From positions 77,688,001-77,748,000 of the forward strand of contig CM059432.1 in assembly GCA_030390025.1 (NCBI GenBank): a DNA stretch of 60,000 bases, in the 5' to 3' direction. The notes beneath the pieces are model-generated. The model was given only the letters and a program-made list of their open reading frames with translations. It searched no databases and was not told where the DNA came from. Shown one piece after another: positions 37,999 to 48,512 of this stretch (positions within the stretch are counted from its first letter, which is position 1; each line of letters begins with the position of its first letter). Position numbers and translations under genes: made by a program. This stretch comes from Squalus acanthias (taxonomy: Eukaryota).

Positions 37999-38610
37999 TT
38001 ATGCAAAAGACCAACTGGCTCATTAAGCCTGCCCCATCCAGACATGATGTAGTATATATGCATCATGAATCTTTATCCCCCAAATCTTATCCCCCCAAAT
38101 CTAATAAGAAACTCTGGGAAATTCATCTCCAACCCCTGAAGACAATCAAGCAAGCTCCAGGAAAGTGCATCAACTCACATCAATCGTTACAGCTACCCCT
38201 CACCCACCTTCATTAACTCGAGGTATCCTTGAATGTCAGAAATTTGTCCATCTCCCTTTTGAAGGACTGCAGTACTGTGTGCACTAGTTTTAACCCTCAG
38301 CGTTAGTGCAATAACTGTACATACATGAATGCAGTACAAACATGCTAATCAAAATGTACACCTGTAGGTCAGGAATTTATCCAGTTGTCACCATGAAGAC
38401 TTGTGTGAGGAATTCAACACTTTAATGATTTCCTGATTCTGGCATAGTATTTCTACTTAACTTAACCCTTAATAGTCTTTTGCTATTTTATGCAAAATCC
38501 CCATTGATAAGTATTGTTTTACCAAAGTAGTCAAAGCACCTTCTCTGGAAAATTAGTATGAACTATGAGCCAACAGAAGCAAGTAAATAAAAAACTGAGT
38601 TTGGAATAAT

Positions 38611-40020
38611 CTTCTTCTTCTTAGGCAGTTCCTCGGAACTGAGGATGACTTGCTTCCACACTAAAAATGAGTTCTCAGGTGACTGATGAGTCCAACACGA
38701 GACCTACAGTCTCTGTCACAGGTGGTTGAAGAGGCGGGTGGGTGGGGTGCTTGGGTTGACGTGCGCTCCTTCCGCTGTTTGAGCTTGGCTCCCGCTTGCT
38801 CCCGGCGAAGAGACTCGAGGTGTTCGGCGCCTTCCTGGATGCTTCTCCTCCACTTTGTGCAGTCTTGGGCCAGGGATTCCCAGGTGTCGTGGGGATGTTG
38901 TACTTTTTCAAGGAGGCTTTGAGGGTGTCCTTGAAGCGTTTCCTCTGCCTACCTGGGGCTCTCTTGCCGTGTCGGAGCTCCGAGTAGAACGCTTGTTTTG
39001 GGAGTCTCGTATCGGGCATGCGGACGATATGGCCCGTCCATTGGAGCTGATCGAGTGTGGTAAAAGCTTCGATGCTGGGGGTGTTGGCCTGAGCGAGAAC
39101 ACTGACGTTGGTGTACCTATCCTGCCAATGGATTTGCAGGATCTTGCGGAGGCAGCGTTGGTGGTACCTCTCCAGTGCTTTGAGGTGCCTGCTGTACATG
39201 GTCCATGTCTCTGAAGCATACAGGAGGGCGGGTATCACTACTGCTCTGTAGACCATCAGCTTGGTGCTGGGTTTGAGGTCCTGGTCTTCAAACACTCTCT
39301 TTCTCAGGCGACCGAAGGCTGCACTGGCACACTGAAGGCGGTGTTGGACTTCGTCATCGATGTCTGCCCTTGTTGACAGTAGGCGCCTGAGGTATGGAAA
39401 GTGGTCCACGTTGTCCAAGGCCTCATCATGGATTTTGATAATCGGGGAGCAGTACTGTGTGGCGGGGGCAGGTTGGTAGAGGACCTTTGTCTTAGTGGAT
39501 GTTTAGTGTAAGGCCTATGCTCTTGTACGCTTCGGTGAAGGTGTTGACGATGGTTTGGAGTTCGGCCTCAAGCGTGTGCGCAGACGCAAGCGTTGTCTGC
39601 ATACTGTGATTCGATGACAGAGGATGGGACGACCTTGGATCTGGACTGGAGGCGATGGAGGTTGAACAGTTTCCCGTTTGTTCTGTAGATTAGCTCCACT
39701 CCAGTGGGGAGCTTACTGAGGGTGAGCTGGAGCATTGCAGCCAGGAAGATCGAGAAGAGCATTGGTGCAATGACACAGCCTTGCTTGACCCCGGTCTGTA
39801 CGTGAATTGGGTCTGTGGTGGATCCGTTGGGCAGGATCACGGCTTGCATGTCGTCGTGAAGCAGGCGGAGGATGGTGACAAACTTTTGAGGGCAGCCGAA
39901 TTTGAGGAGGACACTCCATAATCCTTCATGGTTGATGGTGTCGAAGGCCTTTGTGAATTCAAAGAAGGCCATGTAGAGCGGTTGGTGCTGTTCCTGCATT
40001 TCTCTTGTAGTTGACGCGCG
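38611..40020 (-). mobile_element. RTE-clade LINE, 5'-truncated
   Basis: RQLQEKC...PLYMAF...KAFD...GVKQGC.IAP..F...YADN; HFPYL; LLYASETWT; RLPKQ..YSEL; (GAA)n tail. Confidence 0.92.
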
Positions 40021-40329
40021 TTGGAATAATAGCTACATTTTATTAGCAAGAATTTTGAAAATCATAACACATAAAGGGTAGCTTTCCTTCAGAGACCATA
40101 TTGCAGTCTGCACAGCATCAGACAAACTTGTACATGCATAACACATTCAGGGCATGGAACACTGGAACACACTGCAGCAGGCTTTCAAGCCTGAATGGAT
40201 TGGATACTCAATACAAAGCACCAACATGCAGAGCACCAAAATCCCATTTAGCAGATACACACTGGAGGACATTGTGCAGCTGACGTCTGTGGTATAATAG
40301 GAAGTTTACTCTAATACTGCTGCTAATAT

Positions 40330-40596
40330 CCCGCGACCTCTACCACCTAGAAAGACAAGGGCAGCAGGTCCACCTCCAAGTCACACACCATCCTGACTTG
40401 GAAGTATATCGCCGTTCCTTCATCGTCGCTGGGTCAAAATCCTGGAACTCCCTCCCTAACAGCACTGTGGGAGTACCTGCACCACATGGACTGCAGCGGT
40501 TCAAGAAGGCGGCTCACCACCACCTTCTTAAGGGCAATTAGGGATGGGCAATAAATGCTGGCCTTGCCAGCAACGCCCACATCCCATGAACGAATA
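40330..40596 (+). mobile_element. Family-A LINE 3' end fragment
   Basis: Matches 51477-51750 including the terminal hairpin. Confidence 0.9.
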
Positions 40597-41301
40597 TTTT
40601 AAAAAATGCTCTCAGCAGCAAATCTTTCTTTGTGCTTCCTAAGTGAAGCTGAAGTATTTACCAAGGATACTTTTAAAGGAAAAGTTATTAAATACTTCTT
40701 CAACCAAAACAAAAAGAAACATATTTCTCCTGCAACAGAAGCATTAATAAATGGTCCAAAACATGAATGGTGTAGATTTAGAGAGGATATATATATATAT
40801 ATATACAGGACTTGAAGGTTTTCTGAAAAACAAAAATCAACCAAATGTTAGGTTACCCAAGTTACAAGGTCAGACAGCATGATCTGCAACTCCAACTAAA
40901 GCCACCGAGAGCTGGACTTTACTTCAATTGGTGGGTTAGCTGCAGGGCTGAACTTCCCTCTGCTCAATCCTTAGCTGATATCCACATGCCTGAAGTTTCT
41001 AGGTTGGGTCACTGGATAGTAATCAGAGTAGGAATCCTGGCTCATTTATCTCCATTCAGTCGAGAGCTCCAAGTCCATATGTAGGATCTCCAGCATTACA
41101 TTAGCTGAACTTAGCTAAATTAGCAGAGATGGCATCTGATCTAAACGGTTCAGTACTGTACCATGTTTTGCAATTATATACACTATGTTGTACATATAAA
41201 TATAAATTATTGTGGTTACCCGATAAGCCATCGGGGAAGTGGCATACATTCAATAACAGGCAGTTTTTTTCATCTAACCTTTTGGCCATTAGAATCTACA
41301 G

Positions 41302-42532
41302 CAGGGGGTTCTCAACCATTTTGCTTCTGTGGACCCCCTCCCTGTTATAAAAATTCCTGTAACACAAGTATTTTTTCTTATAAAAATTCTATCAGCGCCG
41401 CTCCCATTCACTATGTTACTGCTGCTATCCATGCACTGCAGACAATACTGGTCCCCACGCCCATCCCACTCCCTTTCCCTTCACGAGCCCTAATCACCTG
41501 ACCCCCAGTCGCCCTCTTTCCCCTGCAACTCCCGACTCCCTCATCGACTGTTCCCGGCACATCAGCCAGTCCCGGTTCTCTGCTTGATTGTCAGTCAAAC
41601 AACCTGCTCCCCCCATCTCCAATATTTTTATAACTAATAAACAAAAGTGTACAATGAAAAAACACAATTTTTTTTTTTAAGGCCCGTATGATTTTTCTCC
41701 CAAATTGCTCGCAGCAGTGTCCAGATTAATGCCTGGCGGCTCCAGGACAATCCTGGAAGATTGAAATCTTAGCTGGAGGTCAACATTGGGTGTGAACAAT
41801 CAGGTCTGCCTGTGATGCCCCCCTTGCTAGAGCAAGACTGCTAACACTAAAGGTATGGGCTCATAGGTGAAGAATGAATGAGGTTAGGCACCAAAAGGCA
41901 GCCAGCACCCTTGTAACTATACCAGAGTGTGAGTCAACACTTTAAAGACATCAGGAGAGAGAATGGTGGTGGGGAGAAAGAGATTAGACAATGCAGACTA
42001 TTTAAATGAGTTTGCAAACGGTTTCAGTTTTGCTGGTAATAAATCAATCCTAATTCTGGTAGTTTCCTAATGTTGACATATTCCGCTCTTCTTCCTCCAC
42101 GAAGACAGCGACTCACAGTTTGACCCCAGCAGTTCCTTTACTCCTTGCAGCTGCCGCCTATTTCCTTGCCCTTTCTTCAATTGATTGACAATCGCGACCG
42201 CGCAAATAATAAAAATAGGACAAAAAAAAATCAGATCTGCAACGGAATCGACGCAGCACGCACGTACCTGGCGAGAGGAGGGTGAAGGAGCGCTCAAGCC
42301 GGGGGATCTGTGCTCAGCGACCGCCGCCGCCTCTCACTTCTCAGCGCGCGGAGCCTGGGCTCAGCTGCAGCTGTCCTCGCACAGACGCTCAGGAGGGGGG
42401 AAACTCAGAGGTCCCAGTTGGGGCTGGAGCCGCCAGTTTGTTCAGCTCGATCCCACCTTTACACGACGGTGTATTTCGGTTTATTTTTTGAAGACTCCTC
42501 GGGGGCCGCATACCCCCGTTTGAGAACCCCCG
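41302..42532. mobile_element. Non-autonomous hAT (Charlie-like) element, 1231 bp
   Basis: TIR CAGGGGGTTCTCAA / TTGAGAACCCCCG; perfect 8-bp TSD ATCTACAG (41294-41301, 42533-42540), inserted in a CR1 tail. Confidence 0.9.
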
Positions 42533-43562
42533 ATCTACAGCACAGGAACAGGCCATTTGGCCCAACTGGTCTGTGCAGGCATTTATGCTCCACACTAGCC
42601 ACCTCTTCATCTAACCCTCAGAATATCCTTCTATTCCCTTCTCCCTCATGTGCTTTTCTAGATTCCACCTTAAATGCGTCTATGCTTTTCGCCACAACTA
42701 CTCCTTGTGGTAGAAAGTTCCACATTCTTTCCATTCTTTGCGTAAAGAAGTTTCACCCGAATTCCCTATTGGATTTATTGGTGACTATCTTATATTTATG
42801 GCCCCTAGTTTTGGTCTCCCCCACAAGTGGAAATATCTTCTCTACCACTACCCTATCAAGCCCCTTCATAATTTTAAAGACTTCTATTAGGTCACCCCTC
42901 AGCCTTCTCTTGTCTAGAGAGAAGAACCCCAATCTGTTCAGCCTTTCCTGATAAGTATATCTCCTTAGTTCTGGTATCATCCTTATAAATCTTTTTTGCA
43001 CCCTCTTAGGTGCCTTTATATCCTTTTTATAATATGGTGACCAGAAACGTGCAAAGTAAATGTGGTCTAACCAAGGTTCGATACAAGTTTAACATAACTT
43101 TTCTGCTTTTCAATTCTATCCCTCCAGAAATGAACCCCAGTGCTTGTTTTGCTTTTTAATGGCCTTATTAACCCGTTTCCCTACTTTTAGTGACTTGTGT
43201 ATCTGTACCCCTAGATCCCTTTGCTCTTTTACCCCAGTTAGACTGTTATTTTCCAAGCAGTATGTGGCCTCTTCATTCTTCCTTCCAAAATGCAACACTT
43301 CACACTTACCTGTATTGAAATTAATTTGCCAATTACATGCCCTTCTGCAAGTTTATAAATATCTTCTTGTTTTTTGTCAGTCTTCCTCTGCATTAATTAT
43401 GCCCAATTCGGTGTCACCTGCAAATTTAGAAGTTGTACTTCTGATTCCCGAGTCCAAATCATTTATATAAATTATGAACAATAGTGATCCCAGTGCCAAT
43501 CCTCATAGACTGGCAAAAGGTGGGAAGTGGTGTTCTGAGTATCTACCCTTAACCCCTACTGT
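42533..43562 (-). mobile_element. CR1 3' fragment
   Basis: HFGRKN, QRDLGVQIH, RRLRGDLIEVFKIM, TRGHKYKI. Confidence 0.88.
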
Positions 43563-43612
43563 GAAATGTAGCCAGTTATACTGAATGTATGGCATTAATG
43601 CTACCTTCAATA

Positions 43613-43792
43613 AAGAACATAAGAAATAGGAGCAGGAGTAGGCCATTTGGCCCCTCGAGCCTGCTCTGCCATTCAATAAGATCATGGCTGATCTGATCTT
43701 CGCCTCAACGCCACTTTCCCGCCCGCTCCCCATAACCCTGGACTCCCCTGTAGCTCAAATATATGTCTATCTCCGCCTTGAATATATTCAAT
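43613..43792 (-). mobile_element. CR1 3'UTR fragment
   Basis: TAAGAACATAAGAAATAGGAGCAGGAGTAGGCC tail as in other copies. Confidence 0.85.
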
Positions 43793-44099
43793 GACATGTC
43801 AAACATGCAGTGCAAGACAGTCGATGTCGTGGCAATGTGTAAAATGGTGCAGCAGCTAGACTGCTTAGAAGAGGTGGCTTTTCCCACTTGCTGAGATCAT
43901 GCACACACACAGCATGTGCTCAAGCATACATACTCTAGAATCCTGGGCCTACAATCCTCATATCGCTCCAAGGGGTCCAAGCAGGCATTACAACTGTTAT
44001 CTGCCCACACTAAAAATATATTGCACAGATATCAAAAACATAACTACATTACTACAGAAAAAACAATGGAGTTAGCCAATTTTGAAATCACACTTAAAA

Positions 44100-46120
44100 A
44101 CACAAGCATATGACAATATTTTACCTTGTTTGTAAATAAGTCACCTTTGCAAGAACGAAGCATATTCAAGAGAACAGCCCAGCTGTGAAATATGTTGGGA
44201 GTTTCAACGCTCTACCATGAAAGAATGAAACATAAATTTGCATTTCTCATGTGGTGTTACTGGTCTAAGCTGAGCCATCATAATGGAGCACTGAATGCAG
44301 TTTGATTACTTCTTCAAAGTGTCCTAAAAGGGCACTAGACAAGCTCAATGAAGTCAGTAAACATTTTTCTTGTCAGTGTCTATGCAGAAATATAAAATTA
44401 CCCAATAGCATATTAAGAACAAAAACATTACAATCATTGATCTGCCAATTATGGAGTTCTCAACTAAACTATTCTCACTTCGTTCTTACATAGGAAAAAT
44501 AAAATGCAGTTGTGGAGAACCATTCATCAGTATTAATCCATACCAGAAAAACAAAATGCGATTTTGGAGAACCAATCACTAGTATTAATTCATACCAGAA
44601 ATTTGAAAATATTGAATGCATCTTTCTCTAAAACAATCAGCACTGGAAACAGGACATAATTTCAAGTGGTACCATAGAAATGATTTGCATGAAAATGCAT
44701 TACTTCATAAAAATGATTATTTAAAACAGATTTCTATAAATTCAACAATGGTTTTAAATTGCATAATTATTTTACAGCAACAAAACCACAATGAATACAA
44801 GACTTCAACTAAAACCAAATTACAAGCAACATTCACAATAATATGGTTTACAGAATGTTGATCATTTTCCTCCTACAGTAGATGAATGGACATATTTAAT
44901 ATATGGTGCACTACCAAACCAACTGATCTGCACCAGGCGGAAATGCAGATTATCTTTTATTTCACATGTGATTTGCAAGACTGAACACAACACAATACTA
45001 AACATAATCTGTTTGTAGGGATTCAAGCATAATGGAGTTATTGTTCCTAAAAAGTACCAGAAAATGTGCAAATCTGGCATAATGCAAAGAAAATCATCTT
45101 TTAAAATTTGGAAATGTAATCCATATACAATATGTTTAATGGAAAATGTAGTTACAGTGATACACATTTATGGAATAATATACAGACTATTGGCACAAAC
45201 TAAATGTTAATTACATGAATGTAAATTAGCAGTAACAAAGATTTTGTATGCTGAATACTATACATACCTATTACCTCAAACATTCAAATGTCAAACAATG
45301 GTTTTAATACATGTCTGACAATAAAGTAAAATTGTTGCATTGCAAGTTCAAGACATATTACTCAAAGTGCAGTTAATGGGTTTTTGACAGATTCCTTTAT
45401 ATGTTGCAAAACCAGATTAGAAGGCAGCACGTCAAGTTCATTCACTGTACATTTTGAGCAGGGTGCTACTTTTGTGTACAGACATGGCTGAATATTAATA
45501 AGTTACAAGGACAAATTGCACCAATGAGCATACTGAATTTAGTGATTCAGATGGAAAACAGAAATAGAAAGGCATATACTATGAAGGCTTTAGAAACTGA
45601 ACAAAAGAAAAGTAAGGCAAACGTATGCAACCTTTTAGGTTTTAAGCAAACTGCAAATATTTGGAAATGTCATTGAAATTTGTATCAGAAAAAAAGCATA
45701 ATTCATGCACAATACTCCTTATATTAACATAACTGAAAGAGTTCTTCTGTACAGGATTCGAGGGATAGAGTTAAACGTGGATACCCTATGTAGGATGCTG
45801 CAGAAAAATCCATCCAAACTCTAGCTGCTTAAGCTTCACTTTTGATGTCATTTGGTACTGATGTGGACCCGTTGGAGGAAAACAATATAAACATGATTGT
45901 GAGGCAATTTAATGATAAAGGCAGAAGGGATCTCCTCTATTGCTGATGGCTTAACTTCTCGCTTAAGTGAAAATGCAGTATAATTAAAGCCTCTATAAAC
46001 TGCAACAGTTTCTGCATTATTGCAAATTGCACTTGACAATTCACCACAACAATGGGAACACAGTCTCCCTCTTTCCACAGTCCTACACATACCCAAATTT
46101 GGCACAACTACAACCACCTG
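44100..46120 (-). other. Probable 3'UTR of the host gene
   Basis: TE-free, U-rich on the minus strand, AATAAA (minus) at 44956-44961; distal boundary uncertain. Confidence 0.5.
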
Positions 46121-46312
46121 TCACCAATAAAATGACCTTGATAAAAAGTTTGCTGCTGTACTGAACCAGCCACTACCAACTTCTTGCTTACTCCCAACAC
46201 GGGACACAGCATTGTCATCATCCTTCGCAGGACTCTCCTCTTCAGGCAAGTAGTCTGGTAATTCTGTGTTTTCCTCAACTTCAACAGGTGTACCTTGGAA
46301 TGGAATCAGCAT
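46121..46312 (-). CDS. Terminal coding exon of an unidentified host gene
   Basis: Acceptor TTTTAATCATTACTTTATAG directly before 46312; 63 codons [26 protein letters not shown]...[18 protein letters not shown]; followed by ~2 kb of TE-free AT-rich sequence. Confidence 0.7.
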   Translation of the reverse strand: MLIPFQGTPVEVEENTELPDYLPEEESPAKDDDNAVSRVGSKQEVGSGWFSTAANFLSRSFYW

Positions 46313-46625
46313 CTATAAAGTAATGATTAAAAACTTCAAACACCAGCGAACAGCACATGGGGAAGGAGAGGAAACATTTCCTTTGGTAGTTATATGTTAG
46401 TGACATTGTAAATGTATTCTTTTAGAATATATTTACTATTTCACTAGGAATAGCAATCAGATATGGTGCCACTAACACCAGAGATAATTTATTTCAACTC
46501 TTTCATACAAGTTATATTCTAGTATAAGATTTTGGAAAATGCAACGTTAGTTTGACAAAATACAATTGGTGTGACGACAGCCCCCCTGCCCCAAGCACAT
46601 TTTCTTGACTTCTAAAGTGGTATGG

Positions 46626-46708
46626 CTGAACTGGATGATGTAGACTGAACTGGATGATGTAGACTGAACTGGATGATGTAGACTGAACTGGATGATGTAG
46701 ACTGAACT
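46626..46708. repeat. 19-bp perfect tandem repeat, ~4.4 units
   Basis: CTGAACTGGATGATGTAGA x4 plus partial. Confidence 0.95.
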
Positions 46709-47217
46709 CCATCACTGATGCTCAGCGACTGGCAAGCACAAAATACAAAACACGACTGAAATGGGGAACACCCCCCCACCCTCCCCCCAAAAAAAATAAC
46801 GAATGCTGGCACAGCAAATACTGGAAATGCACAAGTAAAGCACTAGGGGTCAGTGTTGGGATCAAAACTCTGATATATATTAATGACTTTGACTTGGGTA
46901 TAGGGGGCATAATTTCAAAGTTTGTAGTTGACACGAAACTCGTAAATGTAGTAAACAGTGAGGAGGAAAGCAACAGACTTCAGGAGGACATAGACAGATT
47001 GGTGAAATGGGCAGACACATGGCAGATGAAATTTAATGCAGAGAAGTGTGAAGTGATTCATTTTGGTAGGAAGAATGTGGAAAGGCAATATAAACTAAAT
47101 GGTAGTTTTAAAGGGGGTGCAGGAACAGAGAGCTCTGGGGTATATGTACACAAATCTTTGAAGGTGGGAGGACAAGCTGTTAAAAAGGCATACGGGATCC
47201 ATGGCTTTATAAACAGA

Positions 47218-48069
47218 TAGTGGTCATGATGCGGAGATGCCGGTGTTGGACTGGGGTGGACAAAATTGAGAGGTCGCACAACACCAGGTTATAGTCCAAC
47301 AGTTTTATTTGAAATCACAAGCTTTCGGAGCTATCGATTGCCCCTTCCTCAGGTGAAGTAAATTAGATACAGAATCACCAAAGCATATATAGATAGAGAA
47401 CAAAGCATGTGTACCTTACAATTGCAGACCACTAAATTAAATCATCCTGACTATCTGCCGAGGTGTGATAAAGTTAATCAAGTCAGCCAGGAAGGTACCA
47501 CATCAAAGACATAGCAAGATACAACTGAGACAATGAGGTGTAGTCGCAGGGGTTCTAACGTGTCAAAAGCTGCCGTCTGTATGTAAAACGAAAAGCTTTA
47601 AAATTTTTACTTTTTTACTGGGAAAATTTTTACTTTTTTACTGGGAATCACATCTGTGAACAAGCCAACGACGACTCGAGTCCGGATCACGTCATGTATC
47701 GTGACATAAACCCAAGATCCCGGTTGAGACCGTCTTCATGAGTGCAGAACTTGGCTATCAGTTTCTGCTCGATGATTTTGCGTTGTCGTGTGTTTCTAAG
47801 GTTGCCTTGGAGAACGCTTCCTTCCTGATGTGGTACCTTCCTGGCTGACTTGATTAACTTTATCACACCTCGGCAGATAGTCAGGATGATTTAATTTAGT
47901 GGTCTGCAATTGTAAGGTACACATGCTTTGTTCTCTATCTATATATGCTTTGGCGATTCTGTATCTAATTTACTTCACCTGAGGAAGGGGCAATCGATAG
48001 CTCCGAAAGCTTGTGATTTCAAATAAAACTGTTGGACTATAACCTGGTGTTGTGCGACCTCTCAATTTT
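47218..48069 (-). mobile_element. Penelope-like remnant with 244-bp inverted pLTR arms and two hammerhead motifs
   Basis: Arms 47262-47505 / 47826-48069 (one mismatch seen); internal GIY-YIG C-terminus EQKLIAKFCTHEDGLNRDLGFMSRY; CTGAGGA...GAAAGCTT at 47979-48012; 12-bp duplication TTTATAAACAGA. Confidence 0.9.
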
Positions 48070-48512
48070 ATAAACAGAGACAGAGTACAAAAGCAAGAAC
48101 GTTATGCTAAACTTTTATAACTCACTGGTAAAGCCTCAGCTTGAAATTGTCTTCAATTCTGGACACCATACTTTAGGAAGGACATCAAAGCCTTATAGAA
48201 GGTGCAGAAGAGATGTACTAGAATGGTACCAAGGATGAGGGACTTTAGTTATGTGGAGACTGGAAAAGCTGGGGTTGTTCTCCTTAGAGCAGAGAAGATT
48301 AAGAGATTTGAGGTGTTCAAGATCATGAACGGTTTTGAGAGAGTAAATAAAGAGAAACCGTTTCCAATGGCAGAAGGGTCAGTAGCCAGAGGGCACAGTG
48401 TTAGTGATAGGCAAAAGAAGTAGAGGTGACACGAGGAAACATTTTTTTTTATACAGCGAGTTGTTGTGATCTGAAATGCAGCACCTGAAAGGGTGGTGGA
48501 CGCAGATTCAAT

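Noticed and set aside
40850..41165. Ancient SINE-like sequence
   Set aside because: Resemblance only; family and boundaries not supportable by eye
42310..42951. 213-aa ORF
   Set aside because: Spans the hAT end and antisense CR1; no recognisable domain
46626..46708. Possible CRISPR-like array
   Set aside because: Head-to-tail 19-bp repeat with no spacers, in vertebrate DNA
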